Of a stretch of DNA of 64,000 bases, positions 1 to 9,877 are shown one piece after another. Source of the stretch: Bacteroidetes bacterium RIFCSPLOWO2_12_FULL_35_15 (GTDB lineage Bacteria > Bacteroidota > Bacteroidia > 2-12-FULL-35-15). Numbering within the stretch: the stretch's first letter is position 1; each line of letters opens with the position of its first letter. The DNA lies in assembly GCA_001769385.1 (NCBI GenBank), contig MEPB01000037.1, positions 12,241-76,240 of the forward strand, given 5' to 3'. Below the pieces are notes generated by a model that did not search any database, was not told the origin of the DNA, and saw nothing but the letters and a program-made list of their open reading frames with translations. The position numbers and the translations under genes were made by a program.

Positions 1-256
1 AGGATAAATAGAGTTTGCGGGGCGATATCTGTAATTTTACTTTAGACTCTGTTTGCATCAGTTTCCCTTTGATACGTTCATGACAGTGCAAGTTATAACG
101 TAAGGTTTTGATATTAGAAATAGATTCGAAAATTTTATTGATCAAATCACGGTTACTCGATATGCTTTCGGTTTTTTTAAAACGGAAAGATAACATCGTG
201 ATACTTAAGCCAATAAGGGTAAATAAAATATAAAAATGTTGTGCCTTTAATTTCAT
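1..256 (-). CDS. Hypothetical secreted protein, N-terminal part (gene runs off window start); paralog of the adjacent 283-aa protein
   Basis: Reverse-strand ATG at 254-256 gives MKLKAQHFYILFTLIGLSITMLSF... (hydrophobic signal-like N-terminus). The segment DLINKIFESISNIKTLRYNLHCHERIKGKLMQTESKVKLQ aligns with EIILHTLDSIKNIRTQSLHVKATERIGKRFLIAESYIKLN of the next ORF. Confidence 0.45.
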   Translation of the reverse strand, partial: MKLKAQHFYILFTLIGLSITMLSFRFKKTESISSNRDLINKIFESISNIKTLRYNLHCHERIKGKLMQTESKVKLQISPRKLYLS

Positions 257-329
257 TAGGATGCTAAAATAGTTTACAAAGATACTCTCATTTTTAATTT
301 AATGTTAATTAATTTATTTCCAATCTCTT

Positions 330-1181
330 TTAAAACCCATATCCTTTATAATTTTTTGAAAATTCATCCGATGTGAATGAATGGTTGATACGCATTTTTG
401 TAAACTCATACGCTTCAAATAATCCCTCATCATCATATACAGTTATGTTTATTGGCAGGTACATCTTTTTATCAATATACATAATAACTTTGCTGCAGTA
501 TGGGATGGGAATAATAAGTTTTTCCCCTTCTTTTATCGACCCAAAGTAACTGGATAGGTTGTTTTTATAACGGATTTTATAATCACTCGTATTTAGTTTA
601 TGTGCAATACTTGTAACGGTTTCACCTTTTTTTGTAATGTATTCGATAAATTTATACTCCGGATAATTGATAATTATTTGATAACATTCTTTATTATCCC
701 AGGTAAGTGTTCCGGCATAGGAAAAATGTTTGTCGAAATCTTTTGGAGAGCTTAAAATAGTATTTGCTATCGTTTTTCCAATATAAGAAGAGCCCAGATC
801 AAAAATGGTATGATGCTGGTCTTTTCTAACAATGCTTCCAAATGGGTCAAGATCAAAATTTATTAAAGGGATAGATTGGGAATGAACAATTGCATTTCCT
901 TTATTAGTGCCTTCTACCCATAATAATTCGATACCTTTTGCAGGACTGTGAAAATATATTTTTTTTGGACTTACATTTAGTTTGATATAAGATTCCGCAA
1001 TTAAAAAGCGTTTCCCAATTCGCTCAGTAGCTTTTACGTGTAAGCTTTGTGTTCTGATGTTTTTGATGCTATCAAGCGTATGCAAAATTATCTCTCTGCA
1101 TGTTATACTTTTTCTGTCTTTTGAACCGCCAATGAATATGGAGGATATTAAAATAATAGCTATCGCTATAGTTTTTTTCAC
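330..1181 (-). CDS. Hypothetical secreted protein (tandem paralog of the upstream partial gene)
   Basis: 283-aa ORF with N-terminal signal peptide (MKKTIAIAIILISSIFIGG). No catalytic motifs recognised. Confidence 0.6.
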   Translation of the reverse strand: MKKTIAIAIILISSIFIGGSKDRKSITCREIILHTLDSIKNIRTQSLHVKATERIGKRFLIAESYIKLNVSPKKIYFHSPAKGIELLWVEGTNKGNAIVHSQSIPLINFDLDPFGSIVRKDQHHTIFDLGSSYIGKTIANTILSSPKDFDKHFSYAGTLTWDNKECYQIIINYPEYKFIEYITKKGETVTSIAHKLNTSDYKIRYKNNLSSYFGSIKEGEKLIIPIPYCSKVIMYIDKKMYLPINITVYDDEGLFEAYEFTKMRINHSFTSDEFSKNYKGYGF

Positions 1182-1278
1182 GCAGCGAAATTAATAAAAA
1201 AAACAGCAAAAATTTCTAATATTTCAAAATGCAACAGGTGAAATTAATTCAGTAAATTCGTACAAATAAATAGTTTTT

Positions 1279-2016
1279 ATGAAAATTATTGGAATAATAC
1301 CAGCCCGTTTTGCATCATCCCGTTTTCCGGGGAAGCCTTTAGTTGAGATAGGAGGAAAGTCGATGATCCAGCGGGTATATGAGCAGGCAAAAAAATCAAG
1401 GTCATTGGCAGATGTTGTTGTTGCAACTGATGATGAACGAATTGTACAGCATGTAAAAACATTTGATGGGAAAGTGGTGATGACAAGTGGAAATCATCAA
1501 AGCGGTACCGACCGTTGTTTTGAGGCGATACAAACATTTTATCCTGCCGCTGATGTGGTGATAAATATTCAGGGAGACGAACCGTTTATTCATCCCGAAC
1601 AGATCGATCTTGTTGCATCCTGCTTCAATTCAGATAAAGTGCAAATTGCAACTTTGGTTAAAAAGATAATCAATAACGAAGAATTGTTTAATGCAAATAT
1701 TCCAAAAGTAGTGATCAATAAGGTTAAAGAAGCGATTTGTTTCAGCCGTCAGACCCTGCCGTTTATTAGGGGAAAGGAGCAATCCGAATGGCTGAACAAT
1801 TATACTTTTTACAAACACATTGGAATTTATGCCTATACAACCAAAGTTTTGAAGGAAATTACATCATTGACACAATCTCCGTTAGAACTGGCAGAAGCTT
1901 TAGAACAACTACGGTGGATTGAGAATGGATACAAAATAAATGTCGAAATAACTGATTTTGAAAGTGTTGCAATTGACTCTCCGGAAGACTTAAAAAAATT
2001 AACAAATTTTTTGTAA
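1279..2016 (+). CDS. kdsB: 3-deoxy-manno-octulosonate cytidylyltransferase (CMP-KDO synthetase)
   Basis: N-terminus MKIIGIIPARFASSRFPGKPLVEIGGKSMIQRV and length 245 aa are typical of KdsB. Confidence 0.9.
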   Translation: MKIIGIIPARFASSRFPGKPLVEIGGKSMIQRVYEQAKKSRSLADVVVATDDERIVQHVKTFDGKVVMTSGNHQSGTDRCFEAIQTFYPAADVVINIQGDEPFIHPEQIDLVASCFNSDKVQIATLVKKIINNEELFNANIPKVVINKVKEAICFSRQTLPFIRGKEQSEWLNNYTFYKHIGIYAYTTKVLKEITSLTQSPLELAEALEQLRWIENGYKINVEITDFESVAIDSPEDLKKLTNFL

Positions 2017-2032
2017 TTTAGCATTTCGATTC

Positions 2033-3061
2033 ATGCAGAAGATAGATTTACATATCAGCAATTTATTATATGATCACGATTGTGTGATTGTTCCTGAACT
2101 AGGAGGTTTTGTTGCTAATTATACCTGCGCAAAAATTCATTCTTCTCAACATTCATTTATACCACCATCAAAAAATATCGTTTTTAATAAGAATCTTAAA
2201 AATAATGATGGGCTTCTGGCAAATCAAATTTCTTCCGCTGAAAGTATTAATTATTCAAGTGCATTGCAGCACATCTCGGCTTTTGTCAATGATTCAAATT
2301 TACTATTGAAAAAAGGGGGCAAAGTAAAAATTGCAGATGTTGGCACCTTGTTTTTGGATGTAGAAAAAAACGTTCAGTTCGAGGCCGATACTACCAATTT
2401 TTTAATAGATGCATTTGGTCTTTCCCAATTTCAATCTCCTGCAATTAAGCGGGATAACATTGGCAAACGAATCGAAAAAGAGTTTAAAGACAGAGGAGCA
2501 GTTCCGGCAGAAAAACGAAAGATAAATATCAAACGATATGTTGCTTTAGCATTAGTGGCTCCTTTGATCTTTGGTATTATATGGATCCCTTTAAAAACAG
2601 ATTTGCTGAAAAATATTAATTATTCAAATTTAAATCCTTTTGCTTCAAAAGAAATTGCAAAACCGGAAATTAAGATTGAAGCAAAAAAATCAAATGCGAA
2701 AACTATCCTTATAAATAGTAGTGATACTTCTGCAATTAAACCAATAATCACACAATCACTTCCGGTTACTGCTAATTTAGTGGAGCCCGTGATAGCGGAC
2801 ACTACATCCGTTGCAAAACAAATAAGCAACAATGTGGATCTGAAATTTCATTTGGTGACAGGTTGTTTCCAAATTCAGGAGAACGCTGAAAAATTTGTTA
2901 TCGATTTACAAAGTCAACACATTTCTGCTTCCATTATCGGTCAAAATGATAGAGGGTTGTATGTTGTAAGTTGCGGTGACTATGCTTCTCGTAAAGAAGC
3001 AAATAGTGAATTAATAAATTTACGTAAACTTCAGCCTTACGCCTGGTTATTTAAAAAATAG
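2033..3061 (+). CDS. SPOR domain-containing protein with HU-like N-terminal domain
   Basis: C-terminal ~75 aa (FHLVTGCFQIQENAEKF...GLYVVSCGDYASRKEANSELINLRK) fits the SPOR peptidoglycan-binding fold. Internal TM segment (VALALVAPLIFGIIWIPL). Confidence 0.7.
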   Translation: MQKIDLHISNLLYDHDCVIVPELGGFVANYTCAKIHSSQHSFIPPSKNIVFNKNLKNNDGLLANQISSAESINYSSALQHISAFVNDSNLLLKKGGKVKIADVGTLFLDVEKNVQFEADTTNFLIDAFGLSQFQSPAIKRDNIGKRIEKEFKDRGAVPAEKRKINIKRYVALALVAPLIFGIIWIPLKTDLLKNINYSNLNPFASKEIAKPEIKIEAKKSNAKTILINSSDTSAIKPIITQSLPVTANLVEPVIADTTSVAKQISNNVDLKFHLVTGCFQIQENAEKFVIDLQSQHISASIIGQNDRGLYVVSCGDYASRKEANSELINLRKLQPYAWLFKK

Positions 3062-3128
3062 TCAGAAATTAGCTTGCTTTACCTCCAATGTTCCTTTGAT
3101 ATTTTATTTCTTAAAAATATAAAATAAA

Positions 3129-3974
3129 ATGATGCGAACGCTTTTCATACTTATTCTTGCTTCTTCTATCGCATCCTGCAAAGATCCTTTACCTGTATAT
3201 TTTGATAAACCAATTGGTGAAAAAATAGCCGTTTTCCCGGAAGACATGCGAGGGTATTATTATAGTTTGGATGACATTATCAATGAAGGGAAAAAAAAAG
3301 CAATGGGAAATTATTTTTTAAAAGAGGATCAAATTTCCATAAAGGATACCCTTAGTTTAGCAAATGCAACCGAGCCCAATAATGATATTTCAGATTCTAC
3401 AAAAAATGAAACAGGGAGTGCTTCTGTTTCAGTAGATTCGGCTCTTTCCATGACTCCCAAAAAAATAAATGATTTTTATAAAATTGCCCGTTTAAATAAA
3501 CTTTCATTTAATTATGTGGATACAATTATTAATAATATTGACAAAAAAGAAAAAATTGTTTTTGGTTTTTTAAAAATTGCTGCCGACAAAATTTCATTGC
3601 TCTATATTGATTCACTGGGTCACAATAATGAATCGACCTTATTAAAATTAGATGAACAATTACAATTAACCAGCTATTTAGGGGCAAATTACCTGAATTT
3701 TAAAACACCTTTTGGATGGGAAATTATGCAGATTGATGCTTGGGATAACGGAACATATTTAAATTTTGTACAATTTTATTTTACTGATTATGATGATCAA
3801 ACAGGAGATGAAAAGTGTTTTCTAAGTTCTACCCAAAATATTTACCCGAAGTTAAAGCCAATTTATAATTCAGAAAAATTGATAATAGGGGTGAAGGGAA
3901 ATACCAAACCGAACTTGTTAATAGAGAAGTTTAAAAAATCGGAATTTAGTCTTGTTCTTTTGAAAGTGGAGTAG
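3129..3974 (+). CDS. Hypothetical lipoprotein
   Basis: Signal peptide plus Cys (ILASSIASCKD). No recognised domains. Confidence 0.55.
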   Translation: MMRTLFILILASSIASCKDPLPVYFDKPIGEKIAVFPEDMRGYYYSLDDIINEGKKKAMGNYFLKEDQISIKDTLSLANATEPNNDISDSTKNETGSASVSVDSALSMTPKKINDFYKIARLNKLSFNYVDTIINNIDKKEKIVFGFLKIAADKISLLYIDSLGHNNESTLLKLDEQLQLTSYLGANYLNFKTPFGWEIMQIDAWDNGTYLNFVQFYFTDYDDQTGDEKCFLSSTQNIYPKLKPIYNSEKLIIGVKGNTKPNLLIEKFKKSEFSLVLLKVE

Positions 3975-4560
3975 GGTTGTCCTTCTTTGTTTCTACCACT
4001 TTTTTTTCAGTGTCATATTTCTCTCTGCTTTTCTTGTAAATTTTTATTGCCATCACCAACGTAAGCGAAAAAATTATCAATCCGAGAATACCCCAAACAA
4101 AGCCGCTGTTGTTCCTGTCTTGTAAAACAATTACAAAAACGATAGCCACTAAAAAAACGGTTGCTACTTCATTCCATAATCGTAATTTGAATGACGAATG
4201 TTTTACATAATCCCTTTGCAATTGTTTGAACATTACATGACATTCTACATGGTACAAAATGAGGCCACCAACAAAACACAGTTTAAGAATAAAAAAAGCT
4301 TTAAATAAATAAAGCTCAATCGGCATTACAAAAATTATCCACCATCCAAAAATCAATGTTAAAATCATGGAAGGCCATGTTATTCCATACCACAGTCGTT
4401 TTTCCATTAATTTATATTGTTTTTGCAAAATGCTTTTTTCCGGTTCTTCCTTCTCTTCTGCTTCGGTGTGATAAATGAACAAACGAACGATATAAAATAA
4501 ACCCGCAAACCAGGTTACAACAAATATGATATGTAATGCCTTTAGATAAAAGAAGCTCAT
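3946..4560 (-). CDS. hemJ: Protoporphyrinogen IX oxidase HemJ (CopD/UPF0093 family membrane protein)
   Basis: N-terminus MSFFYLKALHIIFVVTWFAGLFYIVRLFIYH matches the conserved HemJ start. Multiple TM segments. Confidence 0.75.
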   Translation of the reverse strand: MSFFYLKALHIIFVVTWFAGLFYIVRLFIYHTEAEEKEEPEKSILQKQYKLMEKRLWYGITWPSMILTLIFGWWIIFVMPIELYLFKAFFILKLCFVGGLILYHVECHVMFKQLQRDYVKHSSFKLRLWNEVATVFLVAIVFVIVLQDRNNSGFVWGILGLIIFSLTLVMAIKIYKKSREKYDTEKKVVETKKDNPTPLSKEQD

Positions 4561-4716
4561 CGTTAAATTGAAAAAATGTTTGCGTAAAGGTACAAGGAAA
4601 TTACAGATTATAAATGATAAAATGCATGTTTCGAAATGTGAATTTAAGATGGTGAATAGAAATATACCTGAATCATCAAACGAAATAATTCTGATTATCT
4701 TTGCAAAAAAAATATC

Positions 4717-5238
4717 ATGAAACCGAAAACAGCAAAAGAATCATTAACAATACAAACTCAAATCGTTATGCCTAATGATACCAACACTTTGGGTAATTTA
4801 TTTGGTGGAAGGTTATTGCAGTGGATGGATATTGTTGCATCCATTACTGCTCATCGTCATTGCAAGCGGGTGGTGGTTACAGCATCAGTAAATAGTGTTG
4901 CTTTTAATAATCCGATTAATCATTCAAGTATAGTAACATTGGAATCAAAAGTATCAAGAGCATTTACTTCATCCATGGAAATTTTTATTGATGTTTGGGT
5001 AGAAGATCATGTGACCGGAAAAAAAATGAAATGTAATGAAGCTATTTATACATTTGTTGCTGTTGATCAAAATGGTTCGCCATTGCCTGTTCCTGCACTT
5101 GTTCCCGAAACAGATGAAGAGAAACAGCGTTTCAGTAGCGCTTTGCGCAGACGACAATTGAGTTTAATTTTAGCAGGTAAAATGAAACCGGAGGATGCAA
5201 CTGAATTAAAAGCGCTGTTTGCTCCCGATGTGAAATAA
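4717..5238 (+). CDS. Acyl-CoA thioester hydrolase, hotdog fold (YciA-like)
   Basis: VMPNDTNTLGNLFGGRLLQWMDIVASI... resembles the YciA/BFIT thioesterase N-terminal region. Confidence 0.8.
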   Translation: MKPKTAKESLTIQTQIVMPNDTNTLGNLFGGRLLQWMDIVASITAHRHCKRVVVTASVNSVAFNNPINHSSIVTLESKVSRAFTSSMEIFIDVWVEDHVTGKKMKCNEAIYTFVAVDQNGSPLPVPALVPETDEEKQRFSSALRRRQLSLILAGKMKPEDATELKALFAPDVK

Positions 5239-5286
5239 TTAATCGGATTTTTTTCTGATGCGTTTGAATCTTTATGCAAAATGAAA

Positions 5287-6624
5287 TCAATGAAATTCAT
5301 AGTTGTAATTGATTACATCCGGCAGGGCATCCAACACATCATAAACTTCTTCTTTCATTTTATTCCCTTTAGTATCATACAGGTAGGTTTTTTTTGAGTT
5401 ACTGGAGTTTTCGTTAAAAAACCAGGCTTCTTCAGTAATTTTGTTGGAACTGTTGTAGGAATAGGTTTTCCTATACCCTTGGCTTTCATTTAATTTTACG
5501 CAGCTTTCCGTTGCTAAATTGCCATTTTCGTTATAGCTATAGGTTTTGGTCTCTTCAATTGCATTATCAGCATTGTGTCGTATTTCAAATTCAAGGTTTC
5601 CAAACTCATTGTACACATACTCAATATATCCGGCACTGGAAGGTGTTGATTGTTGTTCCTTAATTTCCAAAAGGTTGCCTTGTTCGTCATAAATACTTTG
5701 ATTGATGGAGGATATCGTTCCATGATCTTTGTACTCTTTACTTTCGATAGTGTTTCCATTGTGATCAAACCTATAGGTTGATTTTTGTATAATACTTCCA
5801 TCTACATTGTAGGATGTTTTTTCAATTTGCTCTCCTTTTGCACTGTATTTGTAGGTAGTCCTGTTGAATATACTTCCATCCTCATTCATAATATCTGCTT
5901 CCACCGAATTGTTGCTATTACTATTAATTTGTCCGTTGAACTCGCTACCAGAGGTAAATGATTTCTCTTCTATCCTGTTGTTTTTCTCATCATATTTAAA
6001 TGACTTTTCAGAATGTATGATGTAAAAGCGGAGCAAGTCTATTTCATTCAAAATGCCATTTTTGTCGTATTTATAATCTTTGCGGGACAATACGGTGCTA
6101 TCAGCATTGGTTTTTATTTCAAGCAATAATTTGTTTTCTTTTGTGTAAGCAAAAATGAATCTGCTTTTAATTTCTTCATCCGCATTGTATTTTATTTCTT
6201 CTGTTTTATTTCCTTTTAGATCATAATTCCTTCTGGTCCTGTTGTTGATTATCAAATCAGTTAATTCTATTGGTGTTTTTTTTCTGTCGTTTTTATCAAA
6301 ATAGCAGGAGCGAGGTTTTATTCTGGAGGAGAGTTTGTAATTTACTTCTTCGGTCATGTTGCCTAAATCGTCATAATTGTATAGGATTCGTTCTACAAAG
6401 GTTCCATCAGCATCGTAATTTTCGGTGATGGTTTTGTTGCCCTTTTTATTGTATTCCATATAGAAAACCATGGTTCCTTTCGTAGAATTAGGAGATTCCG
6501 ATTTCCATGCGATTACCGATTTAACGTCATTTTTGTTAATATTTTCCTCTGACAAAGCGGAACTGGCGAATATCGAATTGAAAAGTACGATGAATAACAG
6601 GATCAATGAAAAATGAATACGCAT
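5287..6624 (-). CDS. Secreted YD-repeat-like protein
   Basis: Signal peptide. Many repeats of the form (K)TYxYDxxGNxxEE (for example KTYSYNENGNLATE, KTYLYDTKGNKMKEE), resembling RHS/YD repeats. Confidence 0.6.
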   Translation of the reverse strand: MRIHFSLILLFIVLFNSIFASSALSEENINKNDVKSVIAWKSESPNSTKGTMVFYMEYNKKGNKTITENYDADGTFVERILYNYDDLGNMTEEVNYKLSSRIKPRSCYFDKNDRKKTPIELTDLIINNRTRRNYDLKGNKTEEIKYNADEEIKSRFIFAYTKENKLLLEIKTNADSTVLSRKDYKYDKNGILNEIDLLRFYIIHSEKSFKYDEKNNRIEEKSFTSGSEFNGQINSNSNNSVEADIMNEDGSIFNRTTYKYSAKGEQIEKTSYNVDGSIIQKSTYRFDHNGNTIESKEYKDHGTISSINQSIYDEQGNLLEIKEQQSTPSSAGYIEYVYNEFGNLEFEIRHNADNAIEETKTYSYNENGNLATESCVKLNESQGYRKTYSYNSSNKITEEAWFFNENSSNSKKTYLYDTKGNKMKEEVYDVLDALPDVINYNYEFH

Positions 6625-6761
6625 AATTTGGAGTAATTTTTGAGCCTACGAAAATACAAAAAAAAATGACATTTTTAATTATGACCGAAAACATTGAAAA
6701 TGTTTAAGTTTTTGGAAATTAGTTTGTTGGAAACTTAAATTATGAAACCCTATATCTTTCA

Positions 6762-6856
6762 TCTCTTCCATACATTTAAAATGTCCTTTCGGGCATTTAT
6801 CATAACCAATTATAGAGCAGGGACGACAGGAAAGATTTTTTACTTCTACCATTTTT
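6762..6856 (-). pseudogene. Orphan 3'-end fragment of a GT9 heptosyltransferase gene (near-identical copy of 9904-9993)
   Basis: ~90 bp identical except one base to the 3' end of the GT9 gene at 9878-10870. Reverse frame reads KMVEVKNLSCRPCSIIGYDKCPKGHFKCMEEM..., against ...KMVEVKNLSCRPCSKIGYDKCPKGHFKCMVDIDENLF in the intact gene. Confidence 0.75.
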
Positions 6857-6937
6857 GATTTTGAAACAGAGATGAAAGGTTTAATAGATATTGAAATTTG
6901 TATTCAAAATTTAACTCCTCAATTAAAACCCCAAAAT

Positions 6938-7438
6938 CTACTCGTAATTCAACGGAGCAACCTTTGAATTTTTAATCGTTGAAAGGATTACCATTGTCGT
7001 CATATTAGAGATCTCTTTAATATTTCTAATTGTGCCCATTGCCAAACGCTCGTAAGCTGCAATGTCCTCGACCATTATTTTTAAAACATAATCAGAAGAT
7101 CCTGTAACATGGTGACACTCGATGATTTCCGGAATAGAATTGATTTCTTTTATAAAATTCGGAACGGCATTACCCTGAGTCTGAGTAAGGGAAACCAGCA
7201 TAAAAGTCTGGATGCCCATCCCTAATGCAACCACATCCACTTCCGCATGATAGCTTTTTATGATTTTGGCTTTTTCGAGCTTTTTAACTCTTTCAAAGGT
7301 TGGGGTTGCAGAAAGGCCCACTTTAGTAGCAAGATCCAGGTTGCTCAGGCAACCATCCTTCTGAAGATGCTTTAAAATTTTAAGATCAATTTTGTCGAGC
7401 TCCTTAATTTTTCCCATTTCGTGTAGTTTTTTTTGCAA
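6938..7438 (-). CDS. Lrp/AsnC family transcriptional regulator
   Basis: N-terminal HTH (LDKIDLKILKHLQKDGCLSNLDLATKVGLSATPTFERVKKLE) plus C-terminal RAM domain. 166 aa. Confidence 0.85.
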   Translation of the reverse strand: MQKKLHEMGKIKELDKIDLKILKHLQKDGCLSNLDLATKVGLSATPTFERVKKLEKAKIIKSYHAEVDVVALGMGIQTFMLVSLTQTQGNAVPNFIKEINSIPEIIECHHVTGSSDYVLKIMVEDIAAYERLAMGTIRNIKEISNMTTMVILSTIKNSKVAPLNYE

Positions 7439-7728
7439 AGTAACATTAAAAAAGACAGATTAAGAATTTTTTTTAGTCCTGAGAATGAAAATATTAATTC
7501 CATGAGTTTGGTGGTAAATGTTTGTTTTTCAGGTATTATCAGTTATTTATTCTTGCTTTTGATAGCTTGTTAGTATTTTATTCTTCATAACTTTCCCTTA
7601 AATTATTTTGATTTGTAAAAAACAGAATATACATTCGCCACCGTTAAAATATCTAGTTATTTATTTATTAGCAGAATTTAATTTCTAGGTTTTGTAAAAC
7701 AGCAGAATAATAACCTTAAAAAATAAAA

Positions 7729-9825
7729 ATGAAAAAGAAAATACTTTGTTTATTGTTAGGAGTTTCTTTAGTTGGAACTTTGGCAAACGCACAAATCAGA
7801 CGTTGCGGGTCCATGGAAAATCTTGAAAGGTTAAAACTGGAAGATCCTTCTTTGGAAACCCGTATGCGACAAATTGAGAATGCAACACAGGAATTTATCA
7901 ATACTCCTGGGCGTGGCATGAATGCGATCATAAACATCCCGGTAGTGGTTCATGTACTTTATAATACAACATCCCAAAATATTAGTGATGCACAAATTCA
8001 ATCTCAAATTACTGTTTTAAACGAGGATTTCAGAAAATTAAATGCAGATAAAATAAATACTCCTTCTGCTTTTGCAACCACAGCCGCTGATGCTGAAATT
8101 AATTTCTGCCTTGCAGGAAAAGATCCAAACGGTGCTGCCACTACGGGTATTATTAGAAAGTACACTGCCGTAACTTCTTTCAGTGATAATGATGGGGTTA
8201 AATATAATTCCTCAGGAGGGGATAATGCATGGCCCTCAGGAAGTTATCTTAACCTTTGGGTTTGTAATCTGGGAGGCGGTTTACTTGGATATGCCCAGTT
8301 TCCGGGAGGTCCCGTTGCTACTGATGGCGTAGTGATTCTTTATAAGTCATTTGGCAGAGGATATTCAACTGTTGCACCTTATAATAAAGGACGTACTTTA
8401 ACACATGAAGTTGGTCATTGGCTAAACCTGAGACATATCTGGGGAGATGCTTCCTGTGGAAATGATCTTGTAACTGATACACCTACGCAGCAAACGTCCA
8501 ACTATGGCTGTCCTACATATCCACACAGAACCTGCTCAAATACAACCAGTGGAGATGAATTCATGAATTATATGGATTATACTGATGATGGTTGCATGAA
8601 CATGTTTTCTTTGGGACAAAAATCAAGGATGCAAGCATTATTTTCCGGAACCCGGGCAAGTTTACTTTCATCAACTGCTTGTGGCTCACCTGCAACAACA
8701 GCATGTAATGTTCCTGCAAGTTTAAATGCATCTGGTATTACAGCATCTGCCGCAACACTTAGCTGGGGCTCGACAGGCGCAACAAGCTATAATGTTAAAA
8801 TTAAAGCTACCTCAGCAACCACTTGGACAACCGCAACAGCTACCACAAATTCAAAAGGTTTTACGGGTCTTATGGCCTCCACTACTTATGAATTTCAAGT
8901 GCAAAGTGTTTGTTCAGGCAGCACAAGCGCTTATTCAGCTTCTGCAAATTTTACAACCACTTCCGGAACGACTACATCATCCACTTTGCTGGCTATAGGT
9001 AATGGAACCAACGTAATGAAAGCCCCATATGGCACTTATTATATGGATGAGAAAACACAATTTATTGTTACAAAAACAGAATTGTTAGCTGCCGGGTACA
9101 CTTCTGCGAATAGCTATATCAAGGCTCTTGCATTTAATGTTTATAATGCAAGCGGACAGGCAATGTACGGGTTCTCCATAAAAATGCGTCATACTACAGC
9201 AGCTTCTTTTTCATCCACTTCTTATTTAAGCAATACCTCAATGACAACGGTATATGCAGCAACTAAAACAGTAACTACAGGATGGAATACCCATACTTTT
9301 ACAACACCTTTCGCATATAATGGAGTGGATAATTTGTTGATTGAAATATGCTGGGATAATAATTCGTACACCACTGATTCAAAAGTATATTGTTCTACTT
9401 TGTCAACATACAACACCATTATGAAACAACAGGATGTTGCTTCAGGAGGTATATGTGCTGCAACTACGGGGACCCAAACTACTTCAAGACCGAATATCCG
9501 TTTAACAATGGGTTCTTCCACCATAGCAAAACGACTTGAAGCCGAAGAAGAAACAATTGAAACGTTTACGCTTTATCCAAATCCTGCATCATATTCTATC
9601 ACGTTAAAGTATGCAACAGAAGCTGAACATTCTGTTATTTCGGTTTATGTTTATAACATGATGGGAGCATTAATTGATCATATTGAACAAGGCGATTTAG
9701 AAAGCGGGGATCATGAATATACGATGGATCTTTCATCATATTCCAATATGCCTAATGGGATTTATTTACTTACGCTTAATATTAACGGTAAGTTAATGAC
9801 AAAGAGATTTGTTTTAACCCGATAA
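7729..9825 (+). CDS. Secreted zinc metalloprotease, M43 (pappalysin/ulilysin-like), with FN3-like domain and T9SS C-terminal sorting domain
   Basis: Signal peptide. HEVGHWLNLRHIWGD is an HExxHxxxxxH metzincin motif. FN3-like segment (ATLSWGSTGATSYNVKIKA...YEFQVQSV). C-terminus (TLYPNPASYSITLKY...GIYLLTLNINGKLMTKRFVL) is typical of the Por/T9SS CTD. Confidence 0.8.
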   Translation: MKKKILCLLLGVSLVGTLANAQIRRCGSMENLERLKLEDPSLETRMRQIENATQEFINTPGRGMNAIINIPVVVHVLYNTTSQNISDAQIQSQITVLNEDFRKLNADKINTPSAFATTAADAEINFCLAGKDPNGAATTGIIRKYTAVTSFSDNDGVKYNSSGGDNAWPSGSYLNLWVCNLGGGLLGYAQFPGGPVATDGVVILYKSFGRGYSTVAPYNKGRTLTHEVGHWLNLRHIWGDASCGNDLVTDTPTQQTSNYGCPTYPHRTCSNTTSGDEFMNYMDYTDDGCMNMFSLGQKSRMQALFSGTRASLLSSTACGSPATTACNVPASLNASGITASAATLSWGSTGATSYNVKIKATSATTWTTATATTNSKGFTGLMASTTYEFQVQSVCSGSTSAYSASANFTTTSGTTTSSTLLAIGNGTNVMKAPYGTYYMDEKTQFIVTKTELLAAGYTSANSYIKALAFNVYNASGQAMYGFSIKMRHTTAASFSSTSYLSNTSMTTVYAATKTVTTGWNTHTFTTPFAYNGVDNLLIEICWDNNSYTTDSKVYCSTLSTYNTIMKQQDVASGGICAATTGTQTTSRPNIRLTMGSSTIAKRLEAEEETIETFTLYPNPASYSITLKYATEAEHSVISVYVYNMMGALIDHIEQGDLESGDHEYTMDLSSYSNMPNGIYLLTLNINGKLMTKRFVLTR

Positions 9826-9846
9826 TCAAATTAATTTAATGAGAAA

Positions 9847-9876
9847 CCCCTGCAAAATTTTCATATTTTGCAGGGG
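9847..9876. terminator. Bidirectional rho-independent terminator between convergent genes
   Basis: Perfect 12-bp stem cccctgcaaaat / attttgcagggg with a 6-nt loop, flanked by T/A tracts on both strands. Confidence 0.7.
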
Positions 9877-9877
9877 T

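Noticed and set aside
8726-8998. 90-aa ORF (MHLVLQHLPQHL...) and many other 60-120-aa ORFs in the track (for example 1286..1537, 5514..5801, 12531..12821, 25911..26270, 54013..54324, 60398..60760)
   Set aside because: They lie within, and in alternate frames or on the opposite strand of, long well-supported genes. They have biased, low-complexity translations typical of spurious ORFs in AT-rich DNA.
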